Origin: Felis catus
Taxonomy: Eukaryota
Assembly (NCBI RefSeq): GCF_018350175.1
Contig: NC_058369.1
Span: forward strand, 24,864,001 to 24,928,000
Direction: 5' to 3'
Length of the DNA stretch: 64,000 bases
Made by a program: the position numbers and the translations under genes. This document shows positions 1-13,325 of this stretch, one piece after another (the stretch's first letter is position 1; every line of letters begins with the position of its first letter). Under the pieces are notes generated by a model. The model saw only the letters and a list, made by a program, of their open reading frames with translations. It did not search any database and had not been told where the DNA came from.

Positions 1-757
1 GAAAAAGCTCTAAGCACAACATCTGTTGTTCAAGTAAGACAATAAAAGTTTTTACTCCCCACACCTACAACTATTCCACAACCCATTTAATTTTTAAAAT
101 ACTTAAATATCCACTTGTTCTTAGACCAGTGGATTACTGGTCTAATAATTTCAAATTTCCACTTCAAGCATGAAATAGTTTAACTTAATAATAAATTTCA
201 AGAATCTATGTACATAAAATTTCCCCAAGCCAAAAAAGGAACTACTTATATTTCACTGTATATAGAAGTATTCATTCATAGAACTTGGTTATACTGTGTT
301 ACCTTAATTTCTTTTGAGGTACTATTTCTAAAGAGTCAATAAATTTCACGGTCAAAATACTTTTAGGCTACTACTAAAAATTGTACGTACTCTTAACAGT
401 ACTAGACAGCAAATAAGATATTTTCACCGTATTTTCTAAACATACTATTAGGCTTTAAAGGACATGTCAAATGACATATCCATCCATCCCTTCACCAAAC
501 CATGTATATTATTACAAAAGTGTCTGTAAAACTGTAACGTGTGTATAAATGTGTATATCGATGACAAAATGTGTATATACGGTGCCCACTACTTTGGGAT
601 CGCACACTAAAATAAAGAAATAAAGCCAACATAGTTATAATGCAATGAAGACACTGACTAGGGTTAATCAGAAAAAAAAACAACAACCCTCAAATAGAAC
701 AATTAAACACAAAGTGTCCTATAATCAAATTTGTAGCAGATGAATACATTCAATAAT

Positions 758-787
758 CTACTGTTGTAACCTCTACTGTTGTAACCT
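758..787. repeat. 15-bp tandem duplication
   Basis: ctactgttgtaacct x2. Confidence 0.9.
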
Positions 788-2435
788 CCACGAGAGCCAG
801 AACCATATGTGCTTTATTACTCTACCTTTATCATATGCCAGTAGCTAGAACTGTGAGCACTGGACCCAAGTAAGTTGAATAAGTAAGTTTGTAAAGAAAG
901 TGAGAATAAACTTTCTCAATGATTTTTATACTGAGGGGTGCCTGTGTGGCTTAGTTGGTTAAACAGCTGACTTTGGCTCAGGTCATGATCTCATTATTCA
1001 TGAGTTCAAGCCCCACATCAGGCTCTCTGCTGGCAGCACCAAACCTGCTTCAGATTCTCTATCCTCCTCTTTGCCCCTCCCCCACTTGCATTCTCTTTCA
1101 AAATAAACTTAAAAAAAAAGTTTATACTGAATACAAACATATTCTACACCTACCAAAGTATCATTGCTGTGTCATCTTAAATTAAGTCCCACAGATTCAA
1201 TAATTCAGTAATATGTAAAACAAAATATAAGCTCTGAAATAAATCCTCTTAAGTCAAAATCAGTTTTACAGAATAGGAAAAAACATCTTTGTGACTGTCC
1301 CCAACTAAATTGGGAAAAACTTGGCAAGGAGAACAGCATGTATTTGGAATAGTCTTTATCGGCTTTCACATCCAAAATGGGTTAAGCATGATTTCAAAAA
1401 TTGGGTTTTATGCACGGTTCCTTTTTTTGTTGTTTCTAAGTGACTTCAGACATCTAAAATGCTCCCTCTGCAAAAGTTTCATGTGGCTTTAAACTTCTAT
1501 GAAATCTTACAAGTCTACATAAAGCATTTTCCTTAGTTCAGCTGTCCCAACACTATTTTGACTATCAATCTAATCATATGGGGAAAATTTCATCATATAA
1601 GTTTATAGAGAAATTAACATTCCAATTATCAGAAAAGTACTTAACATTTGTTTCATTCCAAAGCAATGTCCTATAGTCATGTCAAGTGTCCTCAAGTAGA
1701 CTGCCAGTGGGGGGAAAACATTCTTGTGAATGAAAATATAGAAAAAGATGCCTGTGTCCTAGTTATTTTATATATCAAATGATTCCATTGGCTTTACTAG
1801 TTAGGCCAAAGTTGTAATTTCTCTTTTTCCTCCCAGTTTTCATTTCTACAAAAATAAAATTATGCTGTTAACTCTTTTTAAGGATTTCAAGTCAAAGTGC
1901 TGGTAATCATAATTAGAAATTTAACAAGTTTTTGTTCTGAATGTACATTCCCTAGTGGCCTATTTTGTCCTTAATAATCCTCTTAACACTCCACATCCCT
2001 TGGTCAACATATCCTATCACTTCTCTTAAAACATGTATACATCATAATCTTAATTATAGGCCATTATTTGAGGCAATTAATAAACAACCCTGTGATTATC
2101 CAAATGGGGAACAGAACATTTTATATGATAATTATTTCACTTATGAAAAGTCAGTATCCAATATATTGTTTTCTGGATTCTGACAATTACTGAGCCTAAC
2201 CACTAGTGGGTCATTATTAATATTTAGATAACTATACTAAGAGCTTTACATGAATGATCTCATTTAATCATTAAAACCATCCTACTTAGTTCAATTATAC
2301 TCATTTCACAAATGAACCTGAGAGCTAACAGCCAATATGACCCAAGGTTACATAGTTGTGAATAACAGGGCAGGTAGGATTCAAATTCAGGCTGCCTAGC
2401 TCCAAATCTTATATCCTGAACTCTAAGTAGAAGAG

Positions 2436-2437
<2 letters not shown>

Positions 2438-2489
<52 letters not shown>
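2438..2489. repeat. (GT)n microsatellite
   Basis: Perfect GT run; others at 10425-10492 (TA), 14418-14447 (CA), 24783-24824 (CAA), 25645-25690 (GA), 47208-47253 (CA), 49235-49300 (TA). Confidence 0.95.
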
Positions 2490-2494
<5 letters not shown>

Positions 2495-5400
2495 CTGAAA
2501 CTGATCATTACAGAACTGGGAGAATAAAATTGTTTCTTCATTTTAGACCAAGAAATCATATAGAACACTTAGACACAGAAAATTAGGTATTAAAGAAAAA
2601 GAACTTGATGTCCAGGATTATGCTCTTTCTACCCTCTTATGTGTCTCTTCTATCAAATCTCTTGTTTTTCTCATTTTAATAGAGCCAAAAGCCAACGTGC
2701 CCTTTTTAGGGTTCTAAAGGTTAACAGAAGTAACCATAGTTCCTCTACACACCGAGAAACACGATTTTGCTTATTTATAGGATTTCCATAACATACATGT
2801 CAGAAATGAGTTGATGTACATAATTTACAAGGTTTCCTTACGGACAAAATTGATAATAGATGTTTTATGGGACTGAAGAACAGATTTAAAAAGACATTAG
2901 ATTTATAATTCAGACAAGGAAAATGGATCACAAAATTAGAACTAGAATTCAGGTCTCCTGACTCCATACTATCCATACTATCATTAAATATTTTTTACTA
3001 CTGGTAGCATACAAATATGTATTGAATTTAATGTTCTATTTAAGCAGTTGGAATAGACATAAAATTTAAGTCATGCAACAGCTTTGTTCCTTTGTCAAAG
3101 GAACAATTTTCAATTACTTTTACCAATTTACTTAGTGTAAATGCCAATCTTTATGTTTGTATTACGATTTATGTATATATGTAAAACAAAAAACCCATCT
3201 ATATATATATGTAAAAATAAGCTAAACTTTTAAAAGATAGACCACTATTATCAAAACATATAAATAGCCAATGTGAAATAAACATTCCAATTTAAAGTAA
3301 CTAATTCATGGAAGAAAAGGAAATAGCCAAGAGTAGGCTGCAGATCATGTGTGTTCAATTCTCTGAATCCATCTCTCTGATGTCTAGCCATTTGTTCCTT
3401 CCAATAATTTATTTGAAAGATATTTTAAAAATCACTTTTCTCCAGTCTAATAAAATTGCTAAAGACATAATGCTTTAGGAATGGACGTTTCATCTCTAAA
3501 TCAAGATTGAACACAATACAGAATTAAGAACGAATACGCTGGCAGAGAACTAGAGAAACAAGTACAAATATGACTAAAACTAAAAACTATTGACTTTTTC
3601 TGGCCCAGGGAATAGGTCAAAGAAAATTTTACTTACATTACTTAAAATTGATACACACCTATCAAATGTTTTATGTGGATAACTGGATTCCGCCTATACT
3701 TCCCTGCTTACCTGTAAATAGGGAAATCTGTGGTACTTAGAACCCAGTCATTCATATACAACTACTGAAACACGATGCAAATTTCCTTAAAGGAAACTTT
3801 GCTCCAAGTCTTAAAAAAGACAACTGCAAATTCTGTGGGAAAAGATGGGTGCTGGGGAGGAGAATTAGCCATTAATTGCGCTAGCCTAGACCAGTATGGA
3901 CGCAGGTGCATGAGAAGTTAGTCTTGTGTCCTACAGAAAAAAAACATTGACCAATAAACACTTTCCAGAAAATGAATCATCACTACTTCATGTCCCAAGA
4001 ACTTTGGAGGGAAAAATTATATCAAATTGCCAATTTTAATTTACTTTTAATGACTTATAGTATTAGATTTTAGAGTAAAAGAAGGCAATAGAGAAACATC
4101 TACCGACAAAATCCAATTGTACAATTTGGTTAAATATAAGAACAGTGCCTCTTTACACTATAGAAGAGCCCAGCCAATAAACACAACATACATCAAAGAG
4201 TAAAATTTTACCCTTCCAGTCAAGTTAGGTCATTTAATCTGTCACCACAGATTAAATGTGTTAATTTCATAATGAACATAATTTCTGAATCTCAAAATAC
4301 CCCAGAGATGAAGACATACTAAATATATCTAAGTTTAACATTGGTTAAAAAATTTAATAGGTCAAATCAAAAGCTAACAAGAGCACTTATATTACAAAAA
4401 AAGAAGTCTTGCTACAGTTTGTGTAATGATAAGTACTGTACACCTAAATTCAAATTCCAAGTTCAAGTTGGAATTTGTGTGACCTTGGGCAAGTTATTTA
4501 ACTTTTCAATACTTCGGTTTCCTCATCTGTAAAATGGGAATAGTATCTACTACATAGAATTTGGTCCACACATGTAAACTGCCTTAAACAATGCCCACAA
4601 CTTACTAAGCACTAGTGTTTGCCACTACCATTAATTAGAATGGCAGTATTCTGCATGTTATGCTACTGTCAAGACAAGGAAACGAACTTTGAGTCAGCAA
4701 GCTATACTCACATATATCTGAGGTACCATAATCAAGTCATGTTAAGTTTCACTGGAAACGCACAGTCACAAGCACAGGTCTGCCATATTAAAATATGAAT
4801 GCAACAGAATCTTTGATACTGGAAGTTTCAGAGGGATCTCCTGAAAATGATTTAATAGTCATGATAAAAGACTCCTGTGACCACAACTAGTATCTAGCCA
4901 CATCCTATACATAAAGTGATACCTTTCAAGAGGCAAAGATGTGGGGATGAAGTGCGAAATTAACAGTACCTGCTATACCATTTCTAATAAAACTTTTTTA
5001 AAATAATGAAAAGTTGAATTTTTCTATTAAATTCTATCACCAAGCACTAACTTCTTTCAGTTTGGATAGGATAAAGTCCATGGTGGTAAAATACCTGCTT
5101 ATTTAAGTTTTAAAAGCTCTAGTTAAGTCGTTATTGAATTATTTGAACAGCTGCTGCTTAGTGCATCAATTATTTTCACTAAATATGAAGAAAGTCCAGT
5201 GTGTTTTATTTTCCTTAGCTATAACTTCCCCAAGGTTGACAACCTTTTGCCTCTACATGAAAATGGAAAACAAATTTTCCCCATGGAGCATCAGACTCGG
5301 GGGAGAAAACAGCTAGATTTTATATTTCCTAATTCCTCAATTATTTCCACTTTTAGTGTGTTCAAATAAAGTTCTATTTTACAGCAACCTCTGGATTTAC

Positions 5401-6389
5401 CTAATTAAAAAAAATACATGTAAACAGTGCCTTTTAACATTTCCTGGTGACTTCCCTCATTTCAAATCAAACTATGAGGCTTTCTACACCAATATTCTGG
5501 TCCTATCAAAAGTTTTAAAAGATGGTACATCCATTGTTTATGGTGTAACATAAACCATATTCTTGGGCACTTAAAAATGAAAGAAAAAAGGAAAGAAAAG
5601 AAAAAAAAAGGAAAGAAAAGAAAGAAATAGAGGAAAAAGAGAAAAATGGACTTCAAAATTTTATCAAGCTAGGAACAAGAGAAAAGTTCAATCTCCTACC
5701 TCATAAACCAGAGGCCACGTGAATGTACTTCCAACCTATTCTCTAGCAATTGATTAATTTGGGAAGAACACCTAACTTTCCTCATATAGGCTGTACCATA
5801 CATCTTGACTAAATAAACCAAAATAATGGACAGCCTTGACCTTTACAAATATCCCCTTGAACTCTAAAATACATTACATTAATTCACCTAAAAGATATTT
5901 CTAGAAACATTCCTCATGCTAGTGGGCAAAAGGTAACTTCATCTTTGTCAACATGGTTTCTGACACCAAGGATTTCCTTGGTTTTCTCATCCAAAAAGAA
6001 ATTAAGTTTGATTTTATTTGTATCTTCCTGATACAAGGCTCTAACAATTTCAGTTGTGCAAGTGGGAGGTGGTTAAGCACATGGAAAAAAGAAGCACATG
6101 CTTCAATCAAGATTCCACGTCTACTAAGACTTTAATTACAAATAAAAAAGCATTCTGCAAATAAAAAATTCCTATTATTTCCCAAAGTAAATCATGAAAA
6201 CCTGAACCATGAGGTAAAACAAAGAGACTTTAAGTTGACTAAGTCCAAATCACTGGAGAGTCAAAAACAGTGTAATAGAAAACCATAATACTACTTTTGG
6301 TCTCCATTAGAAATGTGTCCCAATATAGCATTGTTTTAAAAACGTAAAAGTAGTTCATGTAACTATTCCCATATTGGTTCCAAAAAGTA

Positions 6390-6445
6390 GACTGGCCTTA
6401 AAAAAACCAAAAAACAAGTGACTGGCCTTAAAAAAACCAAAAAAC
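6390..6445. repeat. 30-bp period tandem duplication
   Basis: gactggccttaaaaaaaccaaaaaac starting at 6390 and 6420. Confidence 0.9.
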
Positions 6446-6899
6446 CAACTCAAGTTCTCTCATCTGCAAGATCAAGTTGGTGACTCTTGGGCATAAGCTA
6501 ACGTCTATTTTTTCCATAGGGAAATTACTGCACCAAGAACCTACCTTCCCATTCTTCTCAAATACAAGAGAAAACATACCAAAGTTTGGATTTAAAGAGA
6601 GACCTATTTTAATCTAACGCTTGAACAAGGGGGTAAAAATCTACATGGAAATGAAGTGTGATGGAAGACAGCAGTGTGCATGGATCACATCTAATGGAGA
6701 TTTCTAAACAAGGGGAGACGCTGACATCGAGCAAATTTCAAGTAGACACTTCTAGCTGAAGAATTTCCATAGGGAGAAGCACTCGTGGTCCTCTGAATGC
6801 AATGGCCTTGGAGAAAGCCCCAGAATCCACGGCCACGGGCTATTTCCAGAGTGAGACTTGTCAGAAGCATCCTGAGGAGGACACACCAGCTTCTGTGCC

Positions 6900-8120
6900 T
6901 TCAGGGGTTGGGAGGGAGGGGCGCCGAGCACCATCTTTCCTCTCTGGGAGCTGCAGCCTTACGGACAAGCTTCAAACCTGAGCTACTTCCAACTTCCACG
7001 GGGAGAGGGGGAGCAGGGGAGCGTGGTTCCACCGCTTTCCTCTCGCACCAGGCGCAGCAGCTGGGTGGCCGTGGCAGTGAGGGGAGAGGCGGCTGGCGCT
7101 GCATGCGTGTTTACGTGTCTCGGATGGGTGTGGGAAGAGGAGACAGAGAGGTTCTAATGAAAAGATGGAGGGGAGAGAGAAAGAGGGGTTGGGGGAGAGG
7201 GGAAGCACCACCTTTCTTTTCTCTGCTCTTCCTGGGGATCTGAAAACTCCTCCTAACGGGTCTTTCGGGCTCTTCGGGGCCTTTGGGCACAGCGGCCGCG
7301 CCCGCCTCAGACGAGTCCTGAGTCTGCTCGTGGCTGACGCTCGGGGCGGCCGAGGCCGCTGCTGTCTCCTCAGGCCCGGCGCCGCCGCCGGGCTCCGCGA
7401 TGCTGAGGCCGCCGCCGCCATTTTGTGGGGAGGACTCAAGCTCCGGAAGCGCCTGCTTCATCTCGTCGTCCCCGCCGCCGCCACTTTCCCAGCTCGCGTC
7501 CGTCGGCGGAGAGGCCTCCGTCTCCCCAGCAGTCGCCATCGCGCCGGCGTGAAGAGCTCCGGGAAGCTTCTGCCGGCAAGGTCGGCGGGGGTGGGGGGAA
7601 GGGGCGACGGGCCGGCCTCGCTGCCGAGCTGCTCTCAGCCCACCCACCCCCTTCCCCCCGTGGCCGCGGACCCCGGTCCCGACCCAACAGCCTCTCCGGG
7701 GCCCCAACGCCGGCGCCCCAACCGTGCCGCCCGCCCTAGGAGCCGCTCCTCGCTCGGGCAGTTCTTCTGCCGGCCCCCGCCACTCAACGTGCTGGCGTCG
7801 GGGCCGGGAGGGGGCGGGGCCGTCGCGGGCCTCTCCGCCAATGGGGACGCGGTGCCCGCCTCCGCGGGTGCGGATAGACAGCGCTGGGGGGCGGAGCCTC
7901 GGGGCGCCCGAGCCCGCCAAAAGGGGCGACCGCAACGCCCTGCGAATACCTCGACGCCGCGGACCGCTGCGGGGTGGACAGGGCTCAAGGCGAGCTGCGA
8001 GTTCTCGGACCGCGCCTAGCCAGCGCCGCAGGCGAGGAAGGCGCGCCTGATAGGTCCCGTGAGCTCAGGCGTCGCCTGTCTTAGCGAGATAACGGCCCTT
8101 CCCCCGGCACGAGTTCCCTC
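6900..8120. promoter_or_regulatory. TASOR: CpG island / TASOR promoter
   Basis: Very GC- and CpG-rich block in AT-rich background around exon 1; GC boxes 7811-7820 (ggggcggggc) and 7887-7896; CCAAT 7838-7842; YY1-type gccgccattttg 7414-7425. Confidence 0.9.
7212..7539 (-). CDS. TASOR: TASOR (FAM208A; HUSH complex subunit) coding exon 1
   Basis: Translates MATAGETEASPPTDASWESGGGGDDEMKQALPELESS...PERPVRRSFQIPRKSREKK, matching the TASOR N-terminus as I recall it; ATG in strong context (gcgATGG) at 7539; 328 nt (109 codons +1) ending at donor AG|GTGGTG (GT 7211-7210). Exon 2 not found in 1-7211. Confidence 0.95.
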
Positions 8121-8305
8121 AGCCAAAACAGGATTCAAGCAGTGGATGCAGGATGAACCCGGCTTTGTGAAGTATTTGCGTGCATAGATAGACCTGGAGA
8201 GAGGAGATAAGACAGTGGTCTTACGACGACGACAGCCTGAAAGCCTCTGGGCCCAGTGATCTGCCTCGACCACCGGATCTGCATCTTTACAATATATTAC
8301 TCCCC

Positions 8306-8457
8306 GCATCCCTTTTTATCTTAAAGCGTTAGAACCAGTGACACGCCTCCAGCCAGCAGACAATACTTGAGACCCTTTAATGCATCCCTTTTTATCTTAA
8401 AGCGTTAGAACCAGTGACACGCCTCCAGCCAGCAGACAATACCTGAGACCCTTTAAT
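8306..8457. repeat. 76-bp tandem duplication (2 copies, 1 mismatch)
   Basis: gcatccctttttatcttaaagcgttagaaccagtgacacgcctccagccagcagacaatac[t/c]tgagaccctttaat at 8306-8381 and 8382-8457. Confidence 0.95.
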
Positions 8458-9820
8458 GTGACTTCACAGCCTAGTGTTAACCGGATTTGGTTCTGGGGAA
8501 CTTGAAGGGAGGGGGACTGCTGGCTTTTAGACTTTTCTTCTTTGGTGTTTTCGGTTTTCCTGTATTGAGTATATATTAAAGAAAAATACAAAAGTTTGCA
8601 GCCACATTAAAAAATATACAGCAGGTGGTCGCTCTCCTTTAAAACAATTTGACCGTCAAGTGGAAAGCAGTTTAAATACTTTATGCTAACTAGATGGAAA
8701 TTACCATCATGAGTTTTCTTGAGTACAGTCAGTATTTACAGGGTGCTTTCTGTATACCAGGCACTTTATCTCTATTGAATCTTCACAACAACAGGTATCA
8801 AGAACACACTATTTTACACAATTTAAAAAGTGTTGCAAGACATTGAGCAATTTAAGTTAATAAAATCAGAATTTGAAGGCAGGTCTATTTAACTCCGACA
8901 TAGAGTGCTTGCACTTCACTGCTTCTCTAAGACTTAATCTTCACGGCAATCCCGCACATTTATGAATTTTATGGATGAAGAAATGAGGATACTTTGCTCA
9001 GAGTCTCCAAGCAGCAGGGTCAGAATTGGGACCATATCTCCATTTTCAAACTCCAACCGTCTCCCAAGCAGTTGGCTGACCAAACCTATAATTATAATAA
9101 AACCCTAGGCCTTGCCACATGGCTAGTACTTAAAGAACATTCCCAAGAGCAACAGGAAAGTTGGATTCCTGTGTCCGGTTAAATACCATCCCAGCCGATA
9201 TTGAAAAGTTAATCATGCTTGCCCAATATGTTTGCATCAGCTCAGTAAACCATAGGAAAGTGAGTTTAAAACAGTCACTCCTTTTAGTAAATAGTTAATG
9301 TAAAAACATTTTTAAATACTGATGAAAACATGTGGGGCTATGTTGAGACAAAACACTACATTATTTTAAGTTAAAAGTAACCTTTAAACTTAGGGAAAGA
9401 GGCTTCACTTGATATAAATGAGGTTACAGAAGATCAGACTCAGCTGTTGAGGTCTCCAGATTTCAACTGTCTTTTTTGTTGGTTCATTAAAGGCATCCCT
9501 GCAAGCTCATTTTTATCAGATCAAAAGATAACTAGGAGCTAACTGCACACTGGTGCCATTACTCAACTAAGGCTTTCGGCATTTGCTCAGCAAAAGCCAT
9601 TCTATTATGGAAAGTAGAAACCCTTAGGCTATATATAAGGCAAACGTGCTGGTGCTGGTTGTTGGTAATGAGTTACCTAAAACTAAGGCCAGAGAAACCA
9701 TTAGTCTTCCACAGAGATTGAATCTTAAATTTTGTGAGATCAAAATTTTTTCCATTTCCAATTATTTAATTTTTTTTTTTTTTTTAGAGAGTGCAAGCTG
9801 GGGAGGACGGGGTTGGGGGG

Positions 9821-9860
<40 letters not shown>

Positions 9861-10455
9861 CTTGAGCAGGTTCCATGCTCAGCATGGAATCTGACATGGG
9901 GCTTGATTCCACGACCCTGAGACCACAACCTGAGCCGAAATTAAGAGTTGGACACTCAACCCATTGAGCCACCTAGGTGCCCCTAAATTTTTTTTTAATG
10001 AATTTACTATTATATCTCATAAGGTAAAAAAAAAAAAAAGGAAGCTCTAACATAATCTTAACTATATATTCAGTTATTGTACATAGCAAAAATATTTAGG
10101 TTTAGCTGGGTCACATTACTAATATTCAATATTAAAAATACTTTTTAATTGCTTATTGGGAGCTAAGCACTGCTATGTGAGGAGGCTATAACTCTGAAGC
10201 AAATGGACGTGGTTACCTCCTTCAAGTTTACAAATCAGTGGGAATATATGTAAAATTAGGATCTATGGTGGTGACTAAGCAGAGACTTAAAGATGAAGTA
10301 AAGTTTCAGCTACAAGAAAGGGATAGAGGGGGCATAAATTGGCTAAATCCTACCTATCTCAGGAAAACTAACACAGTAAGATAGAGAGGCTATCCATATG
10401 TATATTTATGCATATAGATATCCAGTATATATATGTATGTATATATATATATGTG

Positions 10456-10487
<32 letters not shown>

Positions 10488-10599
10488 TATATTTGGTAGG
10501 GCAAGGCAGGGGAGGGAGAGAGGAAATGCAAGGGGATGAGCTACTACAGATGCACATGGTTCTAGAGTAAAGACTACCAAAGGTTAAAAGTATAAAACC

Positions 10600-11260
10600 T
10601 ATGTTGCCCCCTATCCACAGTAATGAACAAAACAATAACACAAGGAACATTAGAGAACAATAGGAGACAGTATATAATTAAATATCCAGGGTGATAAAGG
10701 GCAAACGGACCTAGCCTTCCGTAGGCCGAGAATAAGCTATGACCCATATAAACTTAAAGGGACTTCAGAACATGAGATGGTGAGGTGAACCTGTGTTTGC
10801 TTCGGGCTTTCATAGAAATACTGTTGCTGTTCCCTACATTAGTTCTGCCTAAAACCACATTTGCTGAGTTACTGGAAAACAAACCTTCCCTTTTAATTGC
10901 TTGTTTGAGCTTCTGTAAACCTGCTTGGCATAATCGCGCTTCCCCATTTTCGGTCATCACATCCTGTTCGAACTAGATAGAAGGCTAATATTATAAACAG
11001 CATGATTCATCATTCAACTAGCTAGAGTCAGGCGCCATATTTCAAAAGCCTTTAGGACTGTTTGGTTGGAGCCCGCCCTCTCCAACTGCCACCCTTTGCA
11101 ATTCGATTGGTCGATGTAGCCTTTATAAGAAATTTCCTAAGCTTGTTCGGGGCCAGACTTTCTGGACCTGTTGTATTTCCCTGTCTGGCCTGGCCATAAT
11201 AAACTTGTTTTGATCCTGTTTTTGCTGTCCGGAGTTCATAAGCGATAGCGACCTACAACA
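10600..11260 (+). mobile_element. Solo LTR (ERV-type), 5' boundary uncertain (10602 or ~10720)
   Basis: Ordered U3-R-U5 signals: GC box 11071-11078, inverted CCAAT 11106-11110, TATAA 11124-11128, AATAAA 11198-11203, ending ...gacctacaaca; no TSD recognised. Confidence 0.65.
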
Positions 11261-11862
11261 CAGGGGTGCTAGGTGGCCCACTAGGGTGAACTCCTACCTG
11301 ACTCTTGATTTTGGCTCAGGGCATGATTTCAGGATTGGTGGGATGGAGCCTGGTGTCAGGTTCTGCACTGACAACTCAGAGCCTGGAGCCTGCTTCGGAT
11401 TCTGTGTCTCCCTCTCTCTCTCTCACTGTCCCTCCCTTGTTTGTGCTCTCTCTCTTAAAAATAAATAAATAAATAAATAAATAACCACATTCACATTTTA
11501 AAACTTGGAAACATAATAACCTACTTCAACTTCTCATTTTAAAAATAAAGAAAGACAGTGGCCCAAGATCACATTGCCAGCTAATAGGACTTAACATTTA
11601 CTGTGCACTTTCTATGCATCAGGCACTGATATAAAAGTTTTACATGTATTGTTTCATTAATCCCCATGAAAAGCATTAATGTTATCCCTATTTTGCAGAT
11701 AAAGAAAGTGAGGCAGAGTTGTTAATAACCAGTATATGTTAACTTCTTTTATCAGTGGTAAAATAAAGTCCAGATACAATTTCACCTCCCTTCCTCAAAC
11801 AGTACTTTAGTTTATAAAAATGTTTATTTTTGAGAGACGGTGAGAGTGAACAGGGAAGGGGC

Positions 11863-11893
<31 letters not shown>

Positions 11894-11944
11894 CAGAGAA
11901 TCCTAAGCAGGTTCCATGCTGTCAGCTCAGAGCCTGACAGATGC

Positions 11945-12480
11945 ATAAACCTTTGTTCTAGCAATTTTACTTCTAGAAATTTATAGTACAGCTATACACA
12001 TTCTCATTCAAAATGTTTATTCGGGCATATCTGTTGTTGTTTATAATGGGATATCAAGTGTTTGTAGTAGGAAAGGATTGGACACAACCTAAATATCTAC
12101 CAATAGGATATATCCACACAATGGAATACTATGCAGCCACAACAAGGAATGAAGCACTGGCACATGTTACAACATGGATGCAACTTGAAGAAAACATTAT
12201 GCTAAGTGAAAGAAGCCAGCGATGAAAGGCCACATATTGTATTGCATATCCATTCATGTGAATGTTCAGAATAGGCAAATCCATAGTAACAGAAAGCAGA
12301 TTGGTGGTTACCAGAGGCTTGAAGGGGGGACGTGGGCAGGGTGGGTGCTGGGGAATGAAGACAAACTGCTAATGAGGATGGGATTTCTTTTGGGGGTAAT
12401 GAAAATATTCTGAAATTAGATAGGATGATAGTTGCACAACTCTGTGAATATACTAACAACCACTGAATTATACACTTTCT
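11945..12480 (+). mobile_element. Old L1M 3' end
   Basis: catggatgcaacttgaagaaaacattatgctaagtgaaagaagccag and related 3' UTR motifs. Confidence 0.75.
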
Positions 12481-13019
12481 AAATTTTTATTTTTATTTTA
12501 TTTTAAAAATTTTAAATGTTTATTTTTGAGAGAGTGAAGGGGGGGTGGGGCAGAGAAGAGGGAGAGGATGGAAAGCGGACTCTGTGCTGACAGCAGACAG
12601 CAGGATGTAGGGCTCTAACTTACAAACTGTGAAATCATGACTTAGCCGACTGAGTTACCCAGGTGCCCCACTTTTTTAAAGTTTTTATTTATTTAAGTAA
12701 TCTCTATACCCAACATGGGGCTCTAATTCATGACCCTGAGATCAAGAGTTACACACTCTTCTGACTGAGCCAGTCAGTTGCCTTGAAGTATACACTTTAT
12801 TATTTTTTCGAATTATACACTTTACAAGGATGGATTTTGGGGTGCCTGGCTGGCTCAGTCCACGGAACATGCAACTCTTGATCCAGGGTCATGGGTTCAA
12901 GCCCCATGTTGGGCATAGAACATACTTAAAAAATTGTTTTTTAAAAAGGATGGATTTTGTGACTTACGAATTATATCTCAATGGAAAAAAAAAAAAAATA
13001 GAGGACGTACTTATTCCCT

Positions 13020-13325
13020 GAGGACAGAGACTCCAAGCAGTGGAGACTTTCCTGTGCTCCTGGCTTTGATAAAGCAAACTGCCACGGGTTCTCCAGCTGC
13101 CAACACTTGAGAGCACTTAGAAGCAAATTCTTTCCTAGTGAGTCTCCAGGTGAGAATGAAGCCCAGCTGACATCATGATTTCAGCCTTGTGAGACCCAGG
13201 CACAGAAACCGGCTAAGCCATGCCCAGACTCTGTCTTACAGAAACTGTGAGATTAATACATGGGTATTGTTTTATGCCACCAAGTTTGTGGTAATTTTGT
13301 TATGCAGAAATGGAAAACTAACATA
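13020..13325 (+). mobile_element. MaLR (MLT1-like) LTR fragment
   Basis: Characteristic end gtttgtggtaattttgttatgcagaaatggaaaactaaca and cagccttgtgagaccc / acagaaactgtgaga motifs. Confidence 0.7.

Noticed and set aside
7540..7935. 132-codon in-frame open stretch upstream of the TASOR ATG
   Set aside because: Starts at TTG, extends into the GC-box/CCAAT promoter region and is explained by GC content; the 7539 ATG has strong context and matches the known N-terminus.
7165..8019. 284-aa plus-strand ORF and other overlapping ORFs in the CpG island
   Set aside because: Low-complexity R/P/A/G shadow ORFs expected in very GC-rich DNA; antisense to TASOR exon 1, with no recognisable domain.
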